Below, piece by piece: positions 53,901 to 63,936 of a DNA stretch of 63,936 bases. The number at the start of each line of letters is the position of its first letter. Positions within the stretch are counted from its first letter, which is position 1. The position numbers and the translations under genes are program-made. Source of the DNA: Tubiluchus corallicola (taxonomy: Eukaryota; Animalia; Priapulida); the NCBI GenBank assembly GCA_030141605.1, contig JAQGDQ010001090.1:1-63936 (forward strand), written 5' to 3'. The notes under the pieces are model-generated. The model did no database searches and was not told the origin of the DNA. It saw nothing but the letters and a program-made list of their open reading frames with translations.

Positions 53901-56365
53901 CTACTACTAATGTCACTACTAGTATGGCGCTACTACTAATGTCGCTACTAGTATGGCGCTACTACTAACGTCGCTACTAGTATGGTGCTACTACTAACGC
54001 CACTACTAGTATGGCCCTACTACTAATGTCACTACTAGTATGGTGCTACTACTAATGTCACTACTAGTATGGCGCTACTACTAATGTCGCTACTAGTATG
54101 GCGCTACTACTAATGTCGCTACTAGTATGGCGCTACTACTAATGTCGCTACTAGTATGGCGCTACTACTAATGTCACTACTAGTATGGCGCTACTACTAA
54201 TGTCGCTACTAGTATGGCGCTACTACTAACGTCGCTACTAGTATGGTGCTACTACTAATGCCACTACTAGTATGGCCCTACTACTAATGTCACTACTAGT
54301 ATGGTGCTACTACTAATGTCGCTACTAGTATGGCGCTACTACTAATGTCGCTACTAGTATGGCGCTACTACTAATGTCGCTACTAGTATGGCGCTACTAC
54401 TAATGTCGCTACTAGTATGGCGCTACTACTAATGTCACTACTAGTATGGCGCTACTACTAACGCCACTACTAGTATGGCCCTACTACAATGTCACTACTA
54501 GTATGGTGCTACTACTAACGTCGCTACTAGTATGGCGCTACTACTAATGTCGCTACTAGTATGGCTCTACTACTAATGTCACTACTAGTATGGCGCTACT
54601 ACTAATGTCACTACTAGTATGGCGCTACTACTAATGCCACTACAAGTATGGCGCTACTACTAATGCCACTACTAGTATGGCCCTACTACTAATGTCGCTA
54701 CTAGTATGGCGCTACTACTAATTTCGCTACTAGTATGGCTCTACTACTAATGTCACTACTAGTATGGCGCTACTACTAATGTCACTACTAGTATGGCGCT
54801 ACTACTAATGCCACTACAAGTATGGCGCTACTACTAATGCCACTACTAGTATGGCCCTACTACTAATGTCGCTACTAGTATGGCGCTACTACTAATTTCG
54901 CTACTAGTATGGCTCTACTACTAATGTCACTACTAGTATGGCGCTACTACTAATGTCACTACTAGTATGGCGCTACTACTAATGCCACTACAAGTATGGC
55001 GCTACTACTAATGCCACTACTAGTATGGCCCTACTACTAATGTCGCTACTAGTATGGCGCTACTACTAATTTCGCTACTAGTATGGCTCTACTACTAATG
55101 TCACTACTAGTATGGCGCTACTACTAATGTCACTACTAGTATGGCGCTACTACTAATGCCACTACAAGTATGGCGCTACTACTAATGCCACTACTAGTAT
55201 GGCCCTACTACTAATGTCGCTACTAGTATGGCGCTACTACTAATTTCGCTACTAGTATGGCTCTACTACTAATGTCACTACTAGTATGGCGCTACTACTA
55301 ATGTCACTACTAGTATGGCGCTACTACTAATGCCACTACAAGTATGGCGCTACTACTAATGCCACTACTAGTATGGCCCTACTACTAATGTCGCTACTAG
55401 TATGGCGCTACTACTAATTTCGCTACTAGTATGGCTCTACTACTAATGTCACTACTAGTATGGCGCTACTACTAATGTCACTACTAGTATGGCGCTACTA
55501 CTAATGCCACTACAAGTATGGCGCTACTACTAATGCCACTACTAGTATGGCCCTACTACTAATGTCGCTACTAGTATGGCGCTACTACTAATTTCGCTAC
55601 TAGTATGGCTCTACTACTAATGTCACTACTAGTATGGCGCTACTACTAATGTCACTACTAGTATGGCGCTACTACTAATGCCACTACAAGTATGGCGCTA
55701 CTACTAATGCCACTACTAGTATGGCCCTACTACTAATGTCGCTACTAGTATGGCGCTACTACTAATGTCGCTACTAGTATGGCTCTACTACTAATGTCCC
55801 TACTAGTATGGCCCTACTACTAATGTGGCTACTAGTATGGCGCTACTACTAACATCACTACTAGTATGGTGCTACTACTAATGTCGCTACTAGTATGGCT
55901 CTACTACTAATGTCGCTACTAGTATGGTGCTACTACTAATGTCGCTACTAGTATGGTGCTACTACTAATGTCGCTACTAGTATGGTGCTACTATTAATGT
56001 CGCTACTAGTATGGTGCTACTACTAATGTCGCTACTAGTATGGTGCTACTACTAATTTCGCTACTAGTATGGCGCTACTACTAACATCGCTACTAGTATG
56101 GTGCTACTACTAATGTCACTACTAGTGTGGCACTACTACTGATGTCACTACTAGTATGGCGCTACTACTAATGTCACTACTAGTATGGCACTACTACTAA
56201 TGTCACTACTAGTATGGCGCTACTACCAATGTCACTACTAGTATGGCGCTATTACTAATGTCACTACTAGTATGGCACTACTACTAATGTCACTACTAGT
56301 ATGGCGCTACTACCAATGTCACTACTAGTATGGCGCTATTACTAATGTCACTACTAGTATGGCGC
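53896..56365. repeat. 29-bp satellite (~85 units) with a 174-bp higher-order repeat
   Basis: CTACTACTAATGTC(G/A)CTACTAGTATGGCG; TACAAG variant recurs every 174 bp from 54641 to 55685. Confidence 0.97.
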
Positions 56366-56463
56366 ATGTTGTTTCGTTTACTATAAAATTTAAATTTCTG
56401 ATTATCAGTCTGTTTGGAATAAAATCTGGCATTCTGAATGGCTAACCTTAAACATCTTAACAG

Positions 56464-56579
56464 AAAATTGCCGATTGCTGAAAAGATTGTCCGTAGCGAT
56501 GGGTATATCCGATTATTTCATCAACCCAGATTCGGCGGAAGCGCAGACGGCGTTCAAGCATATTGTGAACAAATTACAG
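56464..56579 (+). CDS. FBXO41: FBXO41-like penultimate exon (not the frame shown in the ORF track)
   Basis: NCRLLKRLSVAMGISDYFINPDSAEAQTAFKHIVNKLQ vs remembered human ICRNLKSIVVQIGIADYFKEPSSPEAQKLFEDMVTKLQ; ttaacag/gtaaga; phase 1-0. Confidence 0.88.
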
Positions 56580-57277
56580 GTAAGAACACAAGTGTCATCA
56601 AGGTAATTAACAGGTGTAGGATTAATGGCGACGCTTTCCGTTAAAGGATATTACGATGATTAGTAAATAAATGTGGTTTTCATCAACTAACTATAGGTAG
56701 TGTTGTGAGAGGATATTAGGGGCATTTTTACCAATAGGCTAACTAGGCATTAGCCTAGGGCACCAAATTTTAGGAGCCCAGTGTTAAAAGTTTCTTATCC
56801 TCTTCGAAAAATGCATATTTTTTCATATTCATATAAGGTGCGTGTTTTATAACTCATCACAAGCAGTCCGCTTTCGTGTAAATGCCACATAACAAACGAG
56901 TGCAATTGTTACGTAAAAGTTACTACACCACAAGCAGTTGTACAATCTCACTAGATATAAAGGCGGGCGGATGTTCCCCTGGATGTTAATTAGGTGACAC
57001 AATATGAATGCAATGCAATAGTAAATGTAATTATGGACATAGACATAACAAGTAGAAGCGCATATGTAAATAAATGGGATTTACATAAATATACGACTTT
57101 GGTAAGATACTTTTTAGTATCGATACAAGATTTTTGTATCGCTAATTATCGTTTACCAACACTAACTGTAGGTAGCTTTAACTACATATGTGGATTCTCT
57201 TTTATGTTTTTTTAAAACCTTTTCTAGCTTATTCTGTTTTTTAGTGTCACTGTTACAGGTTTTATTCGATTTTTTAG

Positions 57278-57337
57278 GTACTGAGTAAGCAATCGGGTCT
57301 TTGTCAAGTGCTTCACATTCAAACAGACTATGGCTAA
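57278..57337 (+). CDS. FBXO41: FBXO41-like last coding exon
   Basis: tttttag acceptor, phase 0; VLSKQSGLCQVLHIQTDYG* vs remembered human ALRRRPGFSKILHIKVEGGC*. Confidence 0.75.
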   Translation, partial: VLSKQSGLCQVLHIQTDYG

Positions 57338-59671
57338 ATAAACTATGCTAAACGTTTCAAACAGACTACGGCTGGATAAATTATGCTAAACGTTTCAAAC
57401 AGACTACGGCTGGATAAATTATGCTAAACGTTTCAAACAGACTACGGCTGGATGAATTATACTAAATGTTTCAAACAGACTATGGCTGGATAAATTATGC
57501 TAAATGTTTCAAACAGGCGGCGGCTGGATAAATTATGCTAAACGTTTCAAACAAACTGTGGCTGGATAAATTATGCTAAATGTTTCAAACAAACTGTGGC
57601 TGGATAAATTATGCTAAATGTTTCAAACAAACTACGGCTGGATAAATTATGCTAAACATTTCAAACAGACTACGTCTGGATAAATTATGCTAAACGTTTC
57701 AAACAGACTACGGCTGGATAAATTATGCTCAACGTTTCAAACAGACTGCGGCTGGATAAATTAAGCTAAAAGTTTCAAACAGACTACGGCTGGATAAATT
57801 AAGCTAAATGTTTCAAACAGACTACGTCTGGATAAATTATGCTAAATTTTTCAAACAGACTGTGGCTGGATAAATTATGCTAAACGTTTCAGACAGACTA
57901 TGTCTGGATAAATTTTGCTAAATGTTTCAAACAGACTACAGCTAAATAAATTATGCTAAACGTTTCAAACAAACTGTGGCTGGATAAATTATGCTAAATG
58001 TTTCAAACGGACTGCATCTGGATAAATTATGCTAAACATTTCATACAGACTACGGCTGGATAAATTATGCTCAATGTTTCAAACAGACTACGGCTGGATA
58101 AATTATGCTCAACGTTTCAAACAGACTACGTCTGGATAAATTAAGCTAAAAGTTTCAAACAGACTACGTCTGGATAAATTATGCTAAATGTTTCAAACAG
58201 ACTACGGCTGGATAAATTAAGCTAAATGTTTCAAACAGACTACGTCTGGATAAATTATGCTAAATTTTTCAAACAGACTGTGGCTGGATAAATTATGCTA
58301 AACGTTTCAGACAGACTATGTCTGGATAAATTTTGCTAAATGTTTCAAACAGACTACAGCTAAATAAATTATGCTAAACGTTTCAAACAAACTGTGGCTG
58401 GATAAATTATGCTAAATGTTTCAAACGGACTGCATCTGGATAAATTATGCTAAACATTTCATACAGACTATGGCTGGATAAATTATGCTCAATGTTTCAA
58501 ACAGACAACGGCTGGATAAATTATGCTAAACGTTTTAAACAGACTGCGGCTGGATAAATTATGCTAAACGTTTCAAACAGACTACGGCTAAATAAATTAT
58601 GCTAAACGTTTCAAACAGACTGCGGCTTGATAAATTGTGCTAAATGTTTCAAACAGACTACGGCTGGATAAATTATGCTAAAAGTTTCAAACAGACTACA
58701 GCTAAATAAATTATGCTAAACATTTCAAACAGACTGTGGCTGGATAAATTATGCTAAACGTTTCAAACGGACTGCATCTGGATAATTTATGCTAAACATT
58801 TCATACAGACTACGGCTGGATAAATTATGCTAAATGTTTCAAACAGACTACGGCTGGATAAATTATGCTAAACGTTTCAAACAGACTGCGGCTGGACAAA
58901 TTATGCTAAACGTTTCAAACAGACTACGGCTAAATAAATTATACTAAACGTTTCAAACAGACTGTGGCTTAATAAATTATGCTAAACGTTTCAAACAGAC
59001 TACGGCTGGATAAATTATGCTAAACGTTTCAAGCAGACTGTGGCTGGATAAATTGTGCTCAACGTTTTAAACAGACTACGGCTGGATAAATTATGCTAAA
59101 CGTTTCAAACAGACTGCGGCTGGATAAATTATGCTAAACGTTTCCAACAGACTACGGCTAAATAAATTGTACTAAACGTTTCAAACAGACTGTGGCTTAA
59201 TAAATTATGCTAAACGTTTCAAACAGACTACGGCTGGATAAATTATGCTAAACGTTTCAAGCAGACTGTGGCTGGATAAATTGTGCTCAACGTTTTAAAC
59301 AGACTGCGGCTAAATAAATTATGCTAAACGTTTCAAACAGACTGCAGCTTGATAAATTGTGCTAAATGTTTTAAACAGACAGCGTCTAAATAAATTATGC
59401 TAAACGTTTCAAACAGACTGCAGCTTGATAAATTGTGCTAAATGTTTCAAACAGACTACGGCTGGATAAATTATGCTAAACGTTTCAAACAGACTGCGGC
59501 TTAATAAATTATGTTAAACATTTCAAACAGACTGCAGCTTGATAAATTCTGCTAAATGTTTCAAACAGACTACGGCTGGATAAATTATGCTAAACGTTTC
59601 AAACAGACTGCGGCTTAATAAATTATGTTAAACGTTTCAAACAGACTACGGATGGATAAATTATGCTAAAC
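57318..59671. repeat. 38-bp tandem repeat, ~62 copies
   Basis: TTTCAAACAGACTACGGCTGGATAAATTATGCTAAACG; first unit overlaps the FBXO41-like stop. Confidence 0.97.
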
Positions 59672-59869
59672 AATTTTTGCTCAACGCATAGATTTAAAAT
59701 TTGTACTATGTTACAAACATGGCAAGCAAGTATTGACAGTAATAAGTTGTTTTTTTCTGTGCTATTTCCGCTGGAGTGGGTGCATTTGTAACACATCGGT
59801 AATGATAACTGTTACTTCAATCTTTCCCACTCTAAATTTCTCTCCACAATTCCAAACTGGTACCTATAT

Positions 59870-60077
59870 CAGCAGGGTGCATTACTAATATTGCATACTC
59901 GTGGCAGGACGGGGTCCTACTCATTATTAAGGATAACCCTACTAGATTGGCAGAGGTGTCTTCACCACGTTTAGAAGTCATACCTCCGCAAGCTACACTT
60001 TCCTGAGGTCACTCATCATTTACAGAGCGGGCTCGATGTTGCTTAACTAGGTGCACTCGTGACCATTCAGCCATGTC
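59870..60077 (-). mobile_element. SINE-like remnant with a tRNA A-box/5S-like head
   Basis: Reverse complement TGGCTGAATGGTC...AGTTAAGCAACATCGAGCC...GATGAGTGACC. Confidence 0.45.
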
Positions 60078-60331
60078 TGTTCAAAGTGCACTGATCACAC
60101 GAGCCTATGTATGGTGCTTAGGTACTGGATAATCATGTCTTTGGTGCCAAAACAGTATTATTATTATTTATTAATTTTCTTGTTTTTTTGTTTGTATAAT
60201 TTTTGCATATAATGAGCACTTTACTTATTTTACATGGGCATTGGATAGTTATATTACATTTATATATTTATAAAATATAGTTTATTATGGTTAAATATTA
60301 TGAGCTAGGATATGAGAAGTAAAATTACGTA

Positions 60332-60835
60332 CAGTAGTACCTCTATTTTCGACCATAATTCGTTCCTAAAAAGTGTTTAAAAATCTATTTGGTTGAGAAC
60401 TGAATCATTTATTCTCATTAGAAATAATGTAAAAGCAAATAATCCGTTCTCAAGCACCAAATGAACTGTAAAGTATTACTAAAATGAAATATAATAATGC
60501 AAAAATGTTTATTCAAACAGTAGATATGATATAATTGATATGAAAAACATAATAGAATTAGTTAGAAAGAAAAACATAATTGTTCCTTCATGAAAAAGCG
60601 GAGAAAAATAAACGTAGAAAGCACTTAGCGATATTAGGCGATTCAAATCTTGTGCGTGACTACACTCGGGTGCAATTGGTTACGCTCGGCTCGCCGCGCA
60701 TGCATTTATCACGTATTTGGCGGTTGGTCGAGTACCGAAATTCTGGTCGAGAACAGAGACAATTTTAACTAGAATTTTCTGGTCGAAAACCGATTTGTAC
60801 GGGTACGGAGACGTTCGAAAACGGAGGTATTACTG
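60332..60835. mobile_element. pogo/Tigger-like MITE, copy 2 (11470 family)
   Basis: TA-CAGTAGTACCTC...GAGGTATTACTG-TA. Confidence 0.88.
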
Positions 60836-61201
60836 TATATTTGAAATTTATTGCCAAGTTTTATATGTCTGACGTACAGAAAATATTGATTACATTTAAT
60901 TAGGTTTTAATATATAAGATCTGAAAACAATTTTACACATTTCTAAGATACTTTTAACGTTTTTACTTTCTTATCACGTTACTTGATATATATATGTACA
61001 TGTTTAACATTTATACATTTTTGCATGTTTAAATAGACCTACTTGAAATTGTTTATGACTTTTTAAATTCAAAAATTAATGTATCGACAATTGCATGTAA
61101 GTGTCTTCGTAAATTTTGTTTTCACTTGTTGTATGTAGTCTTATTTAAACATTCATATGTTTAGAATGTAGTAATATTGGCTCAGTTTGGCAGTCTTTCC
61201 T

Positions 61202-61743
61202 TTAAAGGAAGACCGGACGTTTGTTTAGACGCAATCTCCTTTTAATTTACTGTCCAAAATATACATTTTCTTGCCTATAAAAGTTAGCAATTGTTTCTTA
61301 TATTTGAATAATTAGTTAATTAACGGCAACCAAACACAGCTATTGCTTACGTCAGAAACTAACCACAGTTTGTGGAATGGCAGGCGTCTTCCCTTGCGCA
61401 TCAAGCACATTTGCATAAGTGTTACTGCTTAAAACGCGTGATGTCACGAAAATGAGCTCAACGTTATATGACGTCAGAAACTAACACAGCAGTTCATGAT
61501 TTTGGTTATCACGGTACCGCCTTCTATTTGTCGGCCACGCGAATGTGACAAAAAGGTGCTGTTGCCAATCTTAGTAGATTCACTGAGCCGCGCGTAGCTT
61601 TGAAAGTTTAACGAAATCTGAGTATCCGAGGTAATTATCATTTAATCTAAGCTTTGATTTAAAAAAAGCTATTGTAGTTTTCAGTATTTTAGAGCATTCT
61701 TTATTCTGAACTAATGTTACACAATCATCCGGTTTTCCTTTAA
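61202..61743. mobile_element. Kolobok-like MITE in the left palindrome arm
   Basis: TTAA-AGGAAGACCGGA...TCCGGTTTTCCT-TTAA. Confidence 0.85.
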
Positions 61744-62082
61744 TGTAGGTTCAGTGTAAATTTTATAACGTTTATAAGTTTAATATACCGTTTTCATCTC
61801 AGCAATGAAGTCCTGTTTTTGTTGTTTATTTGTCATTAATTTAGTCTTATGCATGTTGATCTTAGCTCATAAGTTAATTTCTTCTGCTCATAGTACGGCA
61901 ATGCATTGTTTATTAGTAATTTTATAACTTTTATTTTTGTATGTGCTAAATGGACGAATAAATAAATCAAAATGAATAAATAAATCTATAAAATAGTAAA
62001 AAGGCAAAAACAGGACTTCATTGCTGAGATGAAAACGGTATATTAAACTTATAAACGTTATAAAATTTACACTGAACCTACA

Positions 62083-62625
62083 TTAAAGGAAAAACGGACG
62101 ATTGTGTAAGCACGAGTTCAGAATAAAGAATGTTCTAAAATACTGAAAACTACAATAGCTTTTTTTAAATCAAAGCTAAGATTAAATAATAATTACCTCG
62201 GATACTCAGATTTTGTTCAACTCTCAAAGGTACGCGCGGCTCAGTGAATCTACTAAGATTGGCAGCGGCGCCTTTTTGTCACATGTGCGTGGCCGACAAA
62301 TAGAAGGCGGTACCGTGATAACCATGATCATGAACTGCAGTGTTAATTTCTGACGTCATATGATGTAGAGCCCATTTTTCATGACATCACGCGTTCAGAC
62401 AGTAACGCTTACGCAAACGTGCTTGACGCGCAAGGGAAGATGCCTGCCATTGCACAAACTGTGGTTAGTTTCTGATGCAAGCAATAGCTGTGTTTGGTTG
62501 CCGTTAATTAACTAATTATTCAAATATAAGGAACAATTGCTAACTTTTATAGGCAAGAAAATGTATATTTTGGACAGTAAATTAAAAGAAGATTGCGTCT
62601 AAACAAACATCCGGTCTTCCTTTAA
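62083..62625. mobile_element. Kolobok-like MITE in the right palindrome arm
   Basis: TTAA-AGGAAAAACGGA...TCCGGTCTTCCT-TTAA. Confidence 0.85.
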
Positions 62626-62985
62626 AGGAAAGACTGCCAAACTGAGCCAATATTACTACATTCTAAACATATGAATGTTTAAATAAGACTACATACAACA
62701 AGTGAAAACAAAATTTACGAAGACACTTACATGCAATTGTCGATACATTAATTTTTGAATTTAAAAAGTCATAAACAATTTCAAGTAGGTCTATTTAAAC
62801 ATGCAAAAATGTATAAATGTTAAACATGTACATATATATATCAAGTAACGTGATAAGAAAGTAAAAACGTTAAAAGTATCTTAGAAATGTGTAAAATTGT
62901 TTTCAGATCTTATATATTAAAACCTAATTAAATGTAATCAATATTTTCTGTACGTCAGACATATAAAACTTGGCAATAAATTTCA

Positions 62986-63936
62986 TGATTTGGTTATTTT
63001 TGAGTCTTCCGAGTCTTCTGAGTTGAAAATTGCCATTATAGCCTGGCATAAAACAATCACAAAATGGCTCTTTAAGTTGTCAGAACAAAACCTGTCATTT
63101 TCAATAAACTCTGGGAACATTCCTGTTGCTTTTTTGCATAATGCATGGTCTCCTTCATACATCAGACAGATGCAAGTACAAACCTTATTCCACATCTGGA
63201 GATTTGTAATAGTCTCCACGGTACGTAAGATTGATGCAAATGCAAACTTTATTCCATTTCCGGGGATTTGTAATAGCCTCCACGGTACATAAGATTGATG
63301 ATGCAAGTGCAAACCTTATTCCACATCTGGAGATTTGTATTAGTCTCCATGGTGCGTAAGATTGATGCAAATGCAAACCTTACTCTACATCCAGAGATTT
63401 GCAATCCCTAGAGGTTTACCTGGTATTTCTAAAACAGGAGACATGTCTAGTGAAATATCTGGAGATTTGTAATAGTCTCCACGGTACGTAAGATTTGTGC
63501 ACGTACAAACCTTATTCCACACCACACCAACAAAATAAAAAGATTTGATTATTTTCGAGTCTTCCGAATCTTCTGAGTTTAAAATTGCATTTATAGCCTG
63601 GCATAAAACAATCACAAAATGGCTCTTGAAGTTGTCAGAACAAAACCTGTCATTTTCAATAAACTCTGGGAACATTCCTGTTGCGTTTTTGCATAATGCA
63701 TGGTCTCCTTCATACATCAGACAGATGCAAGTGCAAACCTTATTCCACATCTGGAGATTTGTAATAGTCTCCATGGTACGTAAGATTGATGCAAATGCAA
63801 ACGTTCTTCCACATCCGGAGCTTTGTAATAGCCTCCACGGTACATAAGATTGATGATGCAAGTGCAAACCTTATTCCACATCTGGAGATTTGTAATTGTC
63901 TCCATGGTACGCAAGATTGATGCAAATGCAAACCTT
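62986..63936. repeat. Composite repeat: ~555-bp duplication with ~65-70-bp subunits, running off the window
   Basis: 62990-63380 recurs at 63545-63936; subunit AAACCTTATTCCACATCTGGAGATTTGTAATAGTCTCCACGGTACGTAAGATTGATGC. Confidence 0.9.

Larger units (their letters stand above)
60842..62985. repeat. 2.1-kb palindrome: ~980-bp arms, ~185-bp spacer
   Basis: 60842-61821 is the reverse complement of 62005-62985. Confidence 0.96.

Noticed and set aside
56438-56644. ORF-track protein MANLKHLNRK...
   Set aside because: Wrong frame; the FBXO41-like signal is in another frame bounded by AG/GT at 56464-56579

Overview
AT-rich, repeat-dense invertebrate (metazoan) genomic DNA with spliceosomal genes. 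It contains: (1) an intact, intronless, highly diverged Wntless-like ORF (13220-14710, +) with a 5'-truncated LINE just behind its stop; (2) a complete six-exon neuralized gene (40455->26725, -; 569 aa, 2 NHR + RING); (3) exons 1-2 of THOC3 (47763-48897, +), with no further THOC3 exon seen; (4) the last three exons of an FBXO41-like gene, one on the minus strand (51936-52094) between ~660-bp inverted repeats and the next two on the plus strand (56464-56579, 57278-57337); (5) a probable decayed ETHE1 pseudogene. There are many MITEs (hAT-, piggyBac-, pogo-, Kolobok-like), a mariner relic, LINE/SINE remnants, a Penelope-type hammerhead hairpin, at least eight tandem arrays and a 2.1-kb palindrome. 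The main oddity is the strand-split FBXO41 region, whose exons are all phase-compatible with THOC3 exon 2; it could be an invertible exon, a chimeric gene, a rearranged duplicate or an assembly artefact. Homology calls come from remembered protein sequences compared by eye, not from database searches.
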